From Lama guanicoe (lineage: Eukaryota): a DNA stretch of 64,000 nt. Below are positions 35,701-48,300 of the stretch, piece after piece. Numbering within the stretch: position 1 is the stretch's first letter; each line of letters starts with the position of its first letter. The notes under the pieces were generated by a model. That model saw nothing but the letters and a program-made list of their open reading frames with translations, was not told where the DNA came from and did no database searches. Position numbers and translations under genes: made by a program. The DNA lies in contig MU056905.1 in the NCBI GenBank assembly GCA_013239625.1, positions 2,129,967 through 2,193,966 on the forward strand, in the 5' to 3' direction.

Positions 35701-38700
35701 AACTGAAGCATGTGCTGTGGGCCTGACAAAAGAACTGCCTGCCGTTGAATGACGTGCAGTTCCATAGAGCTGAGCAACCTGGCACCCAGCCCAGCTCAGA
35801 TGTATTACCTGCTGCTCTTCCTAGAGTGGAGGCAATTACGCAAATCAAGTGGCAATTGATGAGCCCTCAGGTGCTTCTAGAAGCACCCAATGCAAATGCC
35901 TGGCTCTCCTGTAGACACATTTTGCTGTGAACCTCTGGACACCCGACCCTGCCCGGGGCTGCAGGCACAGCACTGGGCAAACACAGTCAAGGCCCTAAGG
36001 TCTGGGAGCTTCCGTGATGGGAGGGGAGACAGGTGGTACAGGGAATCAAGTCAGGATACCATTTCAGGCATGATAGGGGCGATGGAGAAAACGCCAACAG
36101 GAAGCAGCAGCAGGCAGATGGTGGGTGATAACCTGAAGGAACTGGGGTTCCAGAAGTGCCAGGAGGAGGCCCAGGTGGCTGGAGTAGAGACAGAGTGAGG
36201 CGGCAGATGGGATGAGCATGTCGGGGAGCGGGTGGGGGACAGGATGCACTGTGTGCCACAGGCAAACCTGGTAAGGACAGGTGATCCGCCCTTGGGGTAC
36301 ACGTCTGATGCCCAGCAGAAGTTGGTCATATTCCAGGAGCAGGAACATGGGATCTGCATCTGTAGACAGCTTCAATGATCATCCCACCCACTCGGGGCAA
36401 AAAAGACATCATTTTCTCTGCTCATTCACTTCAGTGCCAGGGTGGTGTTGGCTCCCAATTCCGAACAGCAAGCCTGTGGGCTGAGATCTCCCCACCCCAC
36501 CCACTGCCAGCTTGGTCAGCTACCAGGAAAAACTATTTCAGAAAAACCAATTGCAACACAGCAACAATAAAATAATCATTTCTTGAAGCAGGAAGTGCAT
36601 GAACCAATTGTTAATGAGGAAAGGAAAGGGATATTTAGATTTGGGCTTTGGATCAGTGGTTCTCAAATTTTACAGCTCGTCAGAATCTTCTAGAAGTCTT
36701 GTTCGAGCACCAATTCTCAGGAAGTCTAGGGTGGGGCCCAAAATGTTGCATTTCAATCAAGTTCCCTGGTGATGCCGATGTTGCTGCTCTGAGGATCACA
36801 TTTGGGGAAACACCACCACCCTACATGATCCCGGAAAGTGATCACTGACAAACTAATCGTGGGTTTTCTGTTTCAAAACCCACCTTATGTGTATTTAATG
36901 CTCACAGAAATCACGGGCAGCAGCACTCTGACCAGCCCCGCTAGACTCAGAGACGCTAGCCAACCTGCCTGGCAGAGCCAACGCTTGATTTGTCCAGTCT
37001 TTCTGCTGTTTCGAGCTGGTTTCCACTTCCCATCCCCGAGGAGCAGGGAGGAGCAACGTTGGGAAATGGGGCTGGAACACAGCACAGCTTTCTGGCTCTT
37101 TCTGGCTCAGATTTCTTTCACAAGATGATTACTTTATTTGGTGAGAAAGGCTGCGTTTTCTCAGAACGTGAGCCGTTGTGGCACTGACAGGTCGCGGCAA
37201 TGTGCACTGAGAATGGGAGTAATTTCTGGAGAAATTCCCTTGGCTGCTGCTCCCTCTGTGCAGATGGGGCGGCAACAGAGGACGGGCGTAAACCCAGTGA
37301 CCTCCCTGATGTCCTTCCCAGCCCTTTCAGACCTAAGCAGGCTGGCAGGCCGACAGTGTGAGTGGGGCCCTCTATGCCAGAGCCTGGGGGCTGGTCACAG
37401 CCTCCCCCCCCCACACACACATGCTCACACATGCACACGCACGCACACACCCTGCCTCAGCTCTCCTGTCTCGGTCCTCGCAGGAGCTGGCTCAACTTCA
37501 GGCCCAGATCTCTGAAACCAGTGTGGTCCTGTCCATGGACAACAACCGCAAGCTGGACCTGGACAGCATCATCGCTGAGGTCAAGGCCCAGTACGAGGAC
37601 ATCGCCAACCGCAGCCGGGCTGAGGCTGAGTCCTGGTACCAGATCAAGGTGAGACATCGAGGTCAAGTTTGTGAAACAGTCATAAAGAACTGAGATTTCA
37701 AAGGCAAATTTAAGAAGAGCCTTGTCCTCCAGTCTGATGGGGTCAAAGGGATCTGAGTTCAGTTCAGGGCTTACCCTCTGTTCTGAATACTCTTCAGGCA
37801 GCACCGTCAGAACCTGGGGGAACAGCCAGACAAAGGCAGGAGGTGGTCAGACCTTCTGCCACAGGGAGGATGGACATAACTCCACTGCCCTACAGAGGAG
37901 AGGTGCGGGACTGCTGGATAGTCCCGGCCACCAGTGCCAGCAGGAACGAGAGAGGGAGGGTGGGAACAAGAGGCAGGTTTAGCTTCCTGAATCAGGAGAG
38001 GAGAACCAGCTGGGGCCAAGGGGCTGGGGCAAAGGCTGGCTAGGGGTCACACAAGGAGAGTTTCCAAGTTAGAGCGAACACGCTGAGCTGGGGAGTCCTG
38101 GGGATATGAGATGTGTTGCCAAGGAAAACAAATAGGAAAGAGCTTTAAAATCCGAGAGTGACAGGAACCCTGGCATGATGCGGAGTTTGTGAGAGTGAGC
38201 TACGTGGTGGTGAAGAAGGGGAATGAAAGATGGGATACAGGAAGAAGGGTCCGGCTATAGGGTGGAGCCTGCAGATATGGAGAGTGAGGGGCAGCGCCAA
38301 GAGGCAGTGGGCTGGACTTGATGGAGAGAGCGGGGTGGGGTGCGGGGGTGCACAGGGACATGCCTCCAAGCAGCGCATCGGAAGCCTGCTGAGCCCTGGG
38401 AAACCCCCACCTCCTCTCCTCTGGCCTGACCATCCCGCCTCCTGCCTCCCCTTCCCCGCAGTACGAGGAGCTGCAGCGGTCCGCCGGCCGGCACGGGGAC
38501 GTCCTCCGCTCCACCAAGATGGAGATCTCCGAGCTGAACCGGGTGATGCAGAGGCTGCGCTCTGAGATTGACAACGTGAAGAAGCAGGTAGGGCTGAGCT
38601 CCCAGCAGCCACCCCATCCCTCCCTGCTTCTAGGCAGACCTGGCCTGGTTTTAACACAGCCCCGGCAGAGAGAAGCCCCGCACCCCCAGCCGAGTGACCG

Positions 38701-41351
38701 TCCAGGAGTGTAAACGTGCAGTCTCCCCACCCACCAGGGACATCAGGACCTTCCTTCTGAGATCTGTGCAACATCAGCTCCTCTAGGAAAGGTGCTGTCC
38801 TCTGGAGGTGTGCATGGCAAAGCTCTGACTTGCTTTACTTACCCACAATCCAGAGAAGTTCAGCATTGAAAGGGACCCCAAACCATTTCTCCATCCCCTC
38901 TAATCCTCAGCTTATCCAAGGCAAACAGACATGAATCTTAGCTTTCAAGATGATGAAAGCTTCTTGGCATGAAATTTCAGAAAATCCTTCCATATTTTTA
39001 ACCTAAAACCCACATCTGACTGCTTTCCCTGTGTCCTCCCGGCAGTGTGCCGCGCTCCAGNNNNNNNNNNNNNNNNNNNNNNNNNNNNNNNNNNNNNNNN
39101 NNNNNNNNNNNNNNNNNNNNNNNNNNNNNNNNNNNNNNNNNNNNNNNNNNNNNNNNNNNNNNNNNNNNNNNNNNNNNNNNNNNNNNNNNNNNNNNNNNNN
39201 NNNNNNNNNNNNNNNNNNNNNNNNNNNNNNNNNNNNNNNNNNNNNNNNNNNNNNNNNNNNNNNNNNNNNNNNNNNNNNCTCCTCCTATCACGGTTCAGAT
39301 AGATGCCACCAGAGCACTGGAGCGATGCCACAGAGGCCGAGAGCCCCACGGTGCCAGGCCCCAGATAGAAAGGCCCAGGGCAGAAACACGATTGAAATGC
39401 AGATGCTCCCTGCAGGCAACCTGTGGTTGCAGGCGCTCCCATAGCTCCTGGGGCACCCAGGGCAGGGACCAGGGTGAAAGGCTTCAGGGAGAGGTGTCCC
39501 TGACTACCTGGAAGGCCATAAACAGGGCCATTTCTACCCAGGCCTTGTGACAAATGAGGCCACACTCAGAATGAGGTTCAGGGGCTCCATATTTGCCCAG
39601 AGATGCCAACCATCTGACGGTCCCTCTAGACATCGTGAGCATGGGATCCTCTTCCCATTTCTCTGTGTATCTTGACCTGATCTCTCTTCTGGATGTCCCC
39701 TCCCAGATGCACACCAGCTTCCTACAGCTTACGAGATGAATGAAATGCTTGTTAAGCACAGTGCCTGGCACACAGCCAGCCCTCTGTGCTGATAGCTTTA
39801 AATACAAAGAACCCAAGGCTCTCTAACTTCTCAGCGAATGAAATGTCTCTTTCTTTCCCCACCTGCAACAGACTCACTGGAGAAGGTGTCGGAACCGTGA
39901 ATATCTGTGAGTAAATGTCTTGAGATGGCAGGAAAGTGGGCGACAAAACGGAAGCTAAAGGCATCACCAACAAGGATTTGGTGACTAGATTGCGAGCAGG
40001 CTGGGGCGAGACATCATTGAGGCCGTTTGGGGGGCTCTGTGGAGACCCCCCTCTCCTTTGGCCCTTCCTCCCAGTGGGCTCGAGAGAGAGTCATGGTGAC
40101 ATCCACCCCAGAGGTCCCAGTGACATCACGTGTCCACAGGAACGGACTCCAACCTGGTCTCAGAGGACCCTATTTGTGGGACAGGACTACGCACAGAGCA
40201 GTGGGTCCCCCGTCTGAGTGCCTGATTCCTCAGCTAGTTCCCGCAGGAATTCAAACCTGCAGAGCTAATAAGAGGCTGTTAAACAGCCTAAATCTGAAGA
40301 CCTGTGTTTAGAATTGAAGCCAATTAATTGAACAAGTAGAGCAGGGAAGCTTGGCCTGAGGTCCCAGGGGGAAAGCCAGGGGGAGTCATCCTGTAGGAGG
40401 ACCCAGACCAGCAGGCTCAGGTGGCATCCGCGGGGCACTGAGCCCTGGGCTCAGGAAGTGGAGTTCCCTTGGGCGCCACGTGAGTCAGACCACATGAAGG
40501 AGGCTGGTAAACCAGGACGGGGGAGGGCTTGAAACCAATGAATACAGGGAACACCGATGCTGCAACTGGAGAGACAGATACTGAGAAGGGAGGTGGAAGA
40601 GGCGTCTTCAGATGTTTGGCAGGCTGCGAAGAGCTGCATCCCGGGACAGTGAGCTCCGATTCCCTGAGAGGATTTGCAACTAAGCCACTGGCTCTCAGTG
40701 ATGCAGTAGTGGGGATTCCAACCCAGAGGCAGGTTCACCTGGGTGGCCTTCGGGCCCCTCCCATATGGGGGCCTGTGATCCCCACACAGTTTATGGGGCC
40801 TCGCATTCCATCCAGCATTAGAGCCCGGGGTAGGGATGAAGGGCAAACAGCACAGAGACCCAAAGTGCTGGGTTCTGGCAGATGTGACCTTGGCATGCTA
40901 CTTGTACCTGTGCTTCCTCCCCTATAAGATGGGGGTGATCAGAATAAGGGCGTCCTCTCAGGCCTGTGGAGGAGACCAGTGTGGTCACAGCTGGGAGCGT
41001 TCTGACACTTGCCATGCCCTGTGTACATCGAGGCAGCGTGTGACGGGGACAGCGAGGGTCCTCGTGGAGCGCTGTGGGAGGGAGGCGGCCAGGGTAGGAG
41101 ACCCGAGCTGGGGAGGAGCCTGCCAGTGTGCTCTGTGTCTTCTCTCCACAGCCGTGGTCTCCTCCTCCGGGGGCTCAGGCTACAGCGGGGGTGGTGGCCT
41201 CTGCATGACGGGGGGCAGCTATGGCAGTGGCCTCAGCTACGGGGGCAGCGGCGCCAGCTTCAGCTCCACCAGCGGCCGCAGCATGAGCGCCAGCAGCTCC
41301 AGCATGCGCATCATCTCCAAGACCTCGTCCACCAAGAGTTACAGGAGCTAA
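29726..41351 (+). CDS. KRT90: Type II keratin KRT90/KRT124, about 530 aa. join(29726-30205,32014-32222,34529-34589,35411-35506,37484-37648,38462-38587,39046-~39266 [mostly N gap],39872-39906,41152-41351)
   Basis: Gly/Ser-rich head [24 protein letters not shown]; intact rod motifs; canonical exon sizes and GT-AG sites; no stop or frameshift in sequenced exons; tail [19 protein letters not shown]. The name comes from synteny between KRT75 and KRT82, where human has KRT90P (formerly KRT124P). Only the first 15 nt of exon 7 (CAALQ) are sequenced. Confidence 0.87.
32830..33022 (-). mobile_element. MER3-like hAT-Charlie DNA transposon, followed by a MIR (about 33030-33255)
   Basis: CACTAGCCACATTTCAAGTGCT...CCACATGTGACTAGTGG...CATTTCCATCACCACAGAAAGTT. 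Confidence 0.8.
36654..36815 (+). mobile_element. MER5A-like hAT-Charlie element
   Basis: CAGTGGTTCTCAAA...GTCTAGGGTGGGGCCC...TTGCATTT...AAGTTCCCTGGTGATGCCGATG. Confidence 0.8.
39061..39278. other. Assembly gap (218 N) covering most of KRT90 exon 7
   Basis: N run. Confidence 1.
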
Positions 41352-42948
41352 AGGGCCCCCTGCCCCGCTGCCTGACCCCAAGACCCCCTGATTCCCAGCC
41401 CTAAAGCCTGCTGCTTTGCTGACCACCCCCTGCACAGAATCAACAGGAGGCACAGGGAGCGGGAAGTGGTCTGTGAGTTCCAAGGCCATCTTGTCCATCT
41501 CTCTGCCTCCAGACAAGTCCCCACAAAGGTACCTCACTCACTTTTCAGCCAAGAGCCCTCCAGGTTCCACAAGCATCCATTCCAACTGCCATGTGCCCAA
41601 GACCGGGGCTGGGACATTCTCTTCAGTAGCCTCCTACTGTCTGACCCAGATCCCCTGCAACCACAGTCCTCCCTGGGGCTGCTTATAACAGACCTTGGTG
41701 CCCCCAAAGAAGTTGAGTGCAGTCCGGGCCAGTGCTTTCCCGCCACACACAGAACATCTGCCCTGCAGGATCCCTCAGACCAGGAAATGTTGCAAACCCT
41801 GCCCACATATTCCCTCCTCACCTCTGTCCTCCTTGTCCCCTCCAGGCACCCAGCCATATCCCCCAATAACTCCCATCATCAGGATATTTGAATGAGAAAT
41901 CAACATCCTTCAAAATATTACCAGCTTGATTATTCATAGTAGATCAAAATAATGTTATCAAGAACTCCGAAGTTCTCCATGGCCCGGGGCTACATTACGT
42001 GAGAGTTCAAAGTCAAATTCCTTCCACATCTGCCCATTTAAGCCAATATTAGAATTTCTGTCCCACAGAGAATGTCCTGGTGATGAGGGGGAGGGAAGCA
42101 GGCTCACGTGAGGCTGCAGGAAACGCCTGCAACCAGCACATCAGGCACCCAGTTAGCCTGTATCAGAACTGCCCTGGGAAATGGTCCTCCCCCGAAGAAG
42201 CCCCTGAGCTCAAGAGTTTTCTCTTTCCTTGGTGCTAGCCACATCTCTCTTCTGGGAAGTTTTCTTTCCTTTCTAGCCAGCCCTTTTCACCTCCTCCCTC
42301 ACCCTCAGTCCCCTTTCTGGTCATCCTCTACAGCCGCGTGTGTCTCCTCTCTCAGTTGCCCTCCCTTCCTCTCCTCACCCTTATTTCTCTTTTCTTCCTC
42401 CCCTACTCATCCATTGGCAATACATTTCCTGCTCTCAATCTCCCGACCTGTCTTTTTCTATCTCCCTGTCTCTGTAATGTCTAAGATGTGGATTTGCCTG
42501 TGCCCAGCCCTGGCCAGAGGCAAAGCTCTTTAAGGCAGGCTGCCAGATTCCCTTTCCACGGGGAGGGCGCAGGATAGCAGACCGGGAAGAGAGAGGGAGT
42601 TCTTCCTTTGGTGTTTCTCCTTGCTCTGAGAGGGGCGTTGCTCGGCCCCTTGAAGAAGCAGAGGTGGGGTGGCGGTGGAATAAGGATGCGAGGAGGCACA
42701 GGGATCTTTTTGAGTGGCCTTTAAGGGTGATTTCCCCATTGAGTCTGAAGAGTTGTAAGCCCTCAAGACACCTGCCATGTACTCAAGACCAAAACACATT
42801 CCAAAAGCATACAGACAGGCTGCCATGCTGCTGACCTGAAGACAGGAGAGTTCACGGTTTCAAAAAAAAAAAGTCACTCCCGCTCAGTCAGTTCAAACCC
42901 GTCCGAACTGCCTGCTCCTTGTGCTTGCCCACTCCCTGAAATCGCTTC

Positions 42949-42954
42949 AATAAA
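42949..42954 (+). terminator. KRT90 poly(A) signal
   Basis: First AATAAA I find after the stop at 41351, followed by GT-rich GAGTCTGTGT; implies a 3' UTR of about 1.6 kb. Confidence 0.6.
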
Positions 42955-43940
42955 CTGTCACCGAGCTTTCAAGGTCTTGACTGAGTCTGTGTCCCATCCC
43001 ACACTCAGAGGACGACCCTGGAAATGGAGTTCTTCGGGAGCAGGGCCCTTCCACCCACAACGCTTACTCCAGAGCAGGATGAGAATCCCCTTCCGCTGCC
43101 ACCGAGCAATAGGAGCCCCACGCCTCTTCTGCCTCCCACCCTCGCCCGTGGTCTCTCGTCACACCCCTTACCCCTCCAAGCCCCAGTGTTCCCTCCCCAG
43201 GACTGGGACCCAAAGTCAAGACGATGTAAAAAGGGACAATGTGAAATATCACAGTTAGACTGAGAGCTCTCGAGCACAAGAAACATTTGTGTTCCAGTCT
43301 CCGAATCCAGAGGTGGGGAAGCCAGGAAACACAATGTGTATTGACAGCAGACCCCTGATTCCTAACCCCGGCTACTCCCCAGAGCAGTAGGGCATGATGA
43401 CATCAGAAAGGATGGGGTTGGATCCCAGCCTACCCCGGACAAGCTGTGTGGCTTGGGAGTTACTTAAACCCTCTGCTCTTCACTCTCCCTATCTGTAAAA
43501 TAAAAGCTACGTCATGGTGTTGTCATAAGAACTGAATGAGATAATGGCTGTATAGTTCAGGGTGGTCCCAAACGTGGCAAACACCCAATAGATGTTACTA
43601 TTATCGTGTTGACTCACTTTTGACCCGGGAGAAGGTCACAGTGTGGAAGGGAAAGACCAGTCAGCCACAGCAGTGGTTTCACTAATGGGACTGATGGAAA
43701 GGCGGAGAGGCGACAGAGGGAGGAGGTGTTTCAAGCATCTCCAAAGAGCTGTGACCTGGGTGCCAGGGAGGGAGCCTGTAACCTGCATCTCCCTGAACAA
43801 TTCCTGAGAGCAATGACCATCCCCAGGGATGCCCTCGGGCAAGAGCAGACTCAGCCTACCTCAGGGAGGCTCAGGACAGGGTGGGAAGACAGGCGAGGGA
43901 GCCCCCCTAATGGCTGACATCAGTGCATCTTTAGGGGGCC

Positions 43941-44499
43941 TGTTGGGAGATGGAGGGAACAAAAAGTGCCCAACCAACTGAGAAGGTATCTTGAGACCAA
44001 AGAACGAGGCAGGCAGCTCCATCTAATCAATGGATCAGTTTATTACAGGGTAACTTATTATAGGGTGGGATGGGGTGGACAGTGATTTGGAAGCATCCGC
44101 AGCTGCATTCTGTACCATCAAGGAACCATTGGGACAATTTTTATAGTTAACTTGGGGTACTGGGGTAGGTGCTTGGAAACAAGACTTGCATTCCTAAGTC
44201 AGGATTTATGAATGTGGGTGGGGGTATAGCTCGGTGGTAAACTGCGTGCTTAGCATGTGCGAGGACCTGGGTTCAATCCCCCGTACCGCCATTAAATAAA
44301 TAAATAAACAAACCTAATTACCTCCCCCTCAAAACAAACAAACAAACAAACGATTTACAAATGGTTAACTAGTCTCATGAGTGCCAGGAATATGTCAAGG
44401 AAGGTCTTCAACATTGTTTGGGGACTAACAGAGCAAAGGGGCCACCTGGTCCTAATGATTATTAAACAATATCTATTAACTACAAAACCCTTGATGACA
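43941..44499 (-). mobile_element. Probable ERV solo LTR upstream of KRT82, carrying a SINE insertion
   Basis: TG...CA ends; minus-strand AATAAA (TTTATT near 44038); LTR-like composition. No clear TSD. Confidence 0.45.
44215..44351 (+). mobile_element. tRNA-derived SINE (Vic-1-like) with (CAAA)n tail
   Basis: GGGGTATAGCTCGGTGGTA...GCTTAGCATGTGCGAGGACCTGGGTTCAATCCCC; degenerate TSD GATTTAtgAATG / GATTTAcaAATG. Confidence 0.9.
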
Positions 44500-45084
44500 G
44501 AGAAGTGACTCACTGCCCAGTACAGTCCTGGGTAAGCTCAGCAGAAGTTCAGGAGGAAGCGCACAGGCCCAAGATGGTGTCAGTTATGCTAACAGCCATA
44601 CAAGGCCCAAAGAGTCCATCCTCTCCCCTCCTCAAGCACAAGGCATCCCCTCTTGAGTCCCCTGCAGCCTTTCTTGGACTAACCTGTCGCTGGAGACAAG
44701 AGTCTGTGTCTGGAGCCTTCTACCACAGGAGCGCCAGTGGGACGAGGTTAGCTGAGCCAGAGCCAGGACCCTGCCTGGCCTGAGGAGGGCCAGGGCCCTG
44801 TCTGCTTAGGGAGGCTTCTCTCAGCCCAGATCCTTCCTCCTTGGAAGCTCCTAGGATCACCCATAGCGGGCACCTGGGTCTGGAGCATCTGCAGAAAAAC
44901 TTAGAAACAGCCTTGGGGATACAGAACATCCTCAAGCACCTCCAATTTGGTCTCTAATCCCAGAGCAGCCAGGGTTTATAACTCATGCCCCCATGAAGTG
45001 GCATAAAGTCCCGACTCTCCTTTTCCAAGAGGCCGAGCCACTGAATTAGCCAAACGTATCTGTCTGGTTGACCCCTTTCATCAC

Positions 45085-45290
45085 CCCTGTAAACAAGGAA
45101 GGAGGACATATAGGATTTTTATGGGGCCCACCAGCATTGACCATTGGCTCCAGCTCTTTGCTCTTTGCTACCCTAATTATCCACCTTGGTACCTAGCAGC
45201 TGCCAATATGCCAAGCTCATAAACCTGATTTCATGGTGATCTGAGGTGTGGCCCAGCTCGGCCCTCCATCCCCTACCAGATAAAAGGACG
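45085..45290 (+). promoter_or_regulatory. KRT82 proximal promoter: forkhead TGTAAACA (45088), HOX13-type TTTTATGG (45117) and CTCATAAA (45216), CCAAT (45203), TATA-like GATAAAA (45279)
   Basis: Motif matches upstream of the ATG at 45365; HOXC13 is an established regulator of hair keratin genes. Confidence 0.6.
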
Positions 45291-45364
45291 GAGGCTGAGC
45301 TGACCCGATAACTCGCACCTCCACCCTCCTGCCAGTGCCCCGTCTCTCTGCCCCCGCCCCCGCC

Positions 45365-48300
45365 ATGTCGTGCCGCTCCTTCCAGCAGGGCTCCAGAGGT
45401 GGCTTCAGCTCATGCTCAGCTGTCCTCCCCCAGATCATCACCCACTATGCAGTGAGCAAGGGGCCTTGCAGGGTCGGGGGTGGTGGCGGGGGTCTCCGTG
45501 CCCTGGGCTGCCTCGGCTCCCGGAGCCTGTGCAATGTGGGCTTCGGGAGGCCCCGGGTCGCCTCCAGGGGTGGCCTGCCTGGCTTCGGGTACAGAGTGGG
45601 CGCCACCTGCGGGCCTCCTGCCTGCATCACCCCTGTCACCATCAATGAGAGCCTGCTGGTCCCACTGGAGCTGGAGATCGACCCGACAGTGCAGAGGGTG
45701 AAAAGGGACGAGAAGGAGCAGATCAAGTGCCTCAATAACCGCTTTGCGGCCTTCATCAACAAGGTAAGGGGCGGGCCCGGGGCTCCAGGGCCGTGGGAGG
45801 CAGGAAGAACCTTGTGTCCGCTCCAGAGGGGCAGGGAGAGTGAGACTGCAGAGAAGCCGCTGTGGATCCACCGGCCTCCCCTGTGCTCCGTGACCCCTAA
45901 TCGCTGAAAGCTGGTCAGATTAGGCTCAGCACTTGACATTTCTGCTTGCTAGTCCTTTTTTTTAACATGTCATCTCTCTCTGAATATTATCTGATAAAAT
46001 CACAAAGGGGCCTGAGATCAGACTACAAGAGGAACTTCCAGAGCAATGATAGATACTGAGAGAAGCAACCAAGAGGCAAAGACCTGTCCTCCCTGATGAG
46101 CCTTTAATGAAAGAGCTGCCTTCTGGGTGTCTGAGCTGGGGTGAGACCCTTGGGCCTGGAGGCAGGGATGGGCACTGTGACCCCAGAATTTGCCATTAGC
46201 TTAGGCCTGGGATGAGGAGAAGGTGAAACAGTCAGAGCCAGGGACACGACAGGACCATGACCAAAGTCTTACATCTGTCATTCCAGAGCCACAGCTCTGA
46301 AAGTCTTCAGGGAAGGGTGACATGCTGCCTTTGGAAGGTGCCAGACTGGCCTGTCACCCTCAGCTACCTCTGGGCCTGTCCCCACTTCCCAGGGAGATTC
46401 TTTGGGTCAGGATGCATGCCAGGGGCTGGGTCAGTGTTTCTGGTGACCCCAAGGTTTAGGACAAAGAGTCCTGGCCCGGCAGTCAGGAGAGACGGAGGCC
46501 CGGGGTTAGCTCACTCCTGACAGTTACCCTCAGGCCCTCTGCAAACCACTCACCTCCCAGTCGCAGGAACCCTGCTGCCCAGTGGGAAGGGGGTTGGTGA
46601 TGATGCGAGAATTGAAGGAGGTAATATATACAAAAGTGCTCCAAAAAAAAACTTGTTCTAGTACAGGGGAATTGTTGAACTTATTCGTTTGAAAGCTCTT
46701 TAAGTTCTGGTTGTAAACCCATTCCAACAACGTGGGCCCCAATTGTCTGCTACGTCAACCACATTCTATGAGGCTGGGGGCATCCTGGCGATGGGGCCGT
46801 TGACCAGAAGCAGGGCAACATGGTGAGATGCAAAATCCCAGGGCGCAGGCTGGAGACCATGTTCTCCCTGCCAGTGACCTGGGTGGCTGTGGCCAACTCA
46901 CTCAGCTTCTCCTAACCTCGGTTTCCAAGCCACGAACATGGAGGAATAGGCCAGTAGCCCTCCACATTACAGTGACAGGGACATTTTCTGGACTCAGCCA
47001 TACAGGATGGGGCAGAGTAGGTCAGAGTGCTAGGACGCAGCCTTTGATCTTCCTCCCCTGGGTGGCCCTGGGCGCTCCTGGGCCGTAATTGAGGAAACCC
47101 CAATTTCCAGTGTAATCACAGGCTTACATTAGTACGATGTACAAAATGCTTCCCATATGATCCCAAGTAAGAGCTTTAGGCAGCAAAGTGAGGGCTGGAT
47201 TGGGTTGGCCCAGGTTACAGGTCTCGTGGGAGGCAGGCAGGCAGGGCTGGAAGGAGGGTCTGCTCAGTTCTCTTGGGGCAACCCTCTTTTCACCACTGCA
47301 TGTGACCGTGCGTGGAAGGTGGGGTCCCACACACTGCCGCGGGCAGGAAAGAAACAGAGACACAGAGACACAGCCGCAGGGGCCGGTCCGCACAGAGACC
47401 CTGAAAGCGCTGGCCCATCGAGCAGTGCATTGGGAGTGAGAGTGAGCGCACAGACCGATCTCACTGCCCCCACCCCTGCCCCAGCACTTTCTCTCACCAG
47501 CCGTGGTCCCCAGGGTCCCTGCCTCCCCACAACATCCTGTCCTTGGCTGCAGGTCCGGTTCCTGGAGCAGAAGAACAAGCTGCTGGAGACCAAGTGGAAC
47601 TTCATGCAGCAGCAGAGGTCCTTGCAGAGCAACATTGAGCCCATCTTTGAGGCTTACATCTGTACCCTTCAGAGGCAGCTGGACTCCTCGGCCGGGGACC
47701 GGGCCCGGCTGGAGTCAGAGCTCTGCAGCGTCCAGGATGCACTGGAAGCCTACAAGAAAAAGTGAGTTGGCTCTGCTGTCACCTGGTCGGGGACATAGGG
47801 CAAGTGACATAAACAGTCTGGGCTCCAGTTTCCCCACCTTTAAAATGGGAAGCCAGAAACTTAGTTCACCAGGTGGTAGCGCAGGTAGGTGGGATAACGT
47901 AGGCAGAGCATCCAGGGTGTCTGCCTGCTGGCACGGCAGAACCTCCAAAACTCTGAACTTGTCATCATCTGCCTTCCCACCACCCTCTTCCTCTCTTTGC
48001 GTCAAACAAGCTTTCTCCTGCATTTCTGGGCTCTACCTTATCTTCCAGCAGTCCCTTTGCAGACCCTGAACACTTCCATTTTCCTCAGCAGATCCCCAAA
48101 CCCTCCTTCTCCTCCCTTCAAGCTTCAACTCCCCTGTTCCTTCACCCTGATGAGCCTCTCTCAGTGTTTCTTCACGACATCCTGCTAATATATCCCACTC
48201 CGCAACCGCCTGTCGCAGCTGGAAGCCATCGCCCCTTCTCTCACTTCCAGGTGCTCCGTCTCCCTGTCTCCCTCCCAGTTCTTGGTGGTTAAGGGTATGT

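Noticed and set aside
38945-39565. ORFs containing X runs (also around 54803-55299 and 58109-58647)
   Set aside because: Their length is an artefact of translating through N gaps.
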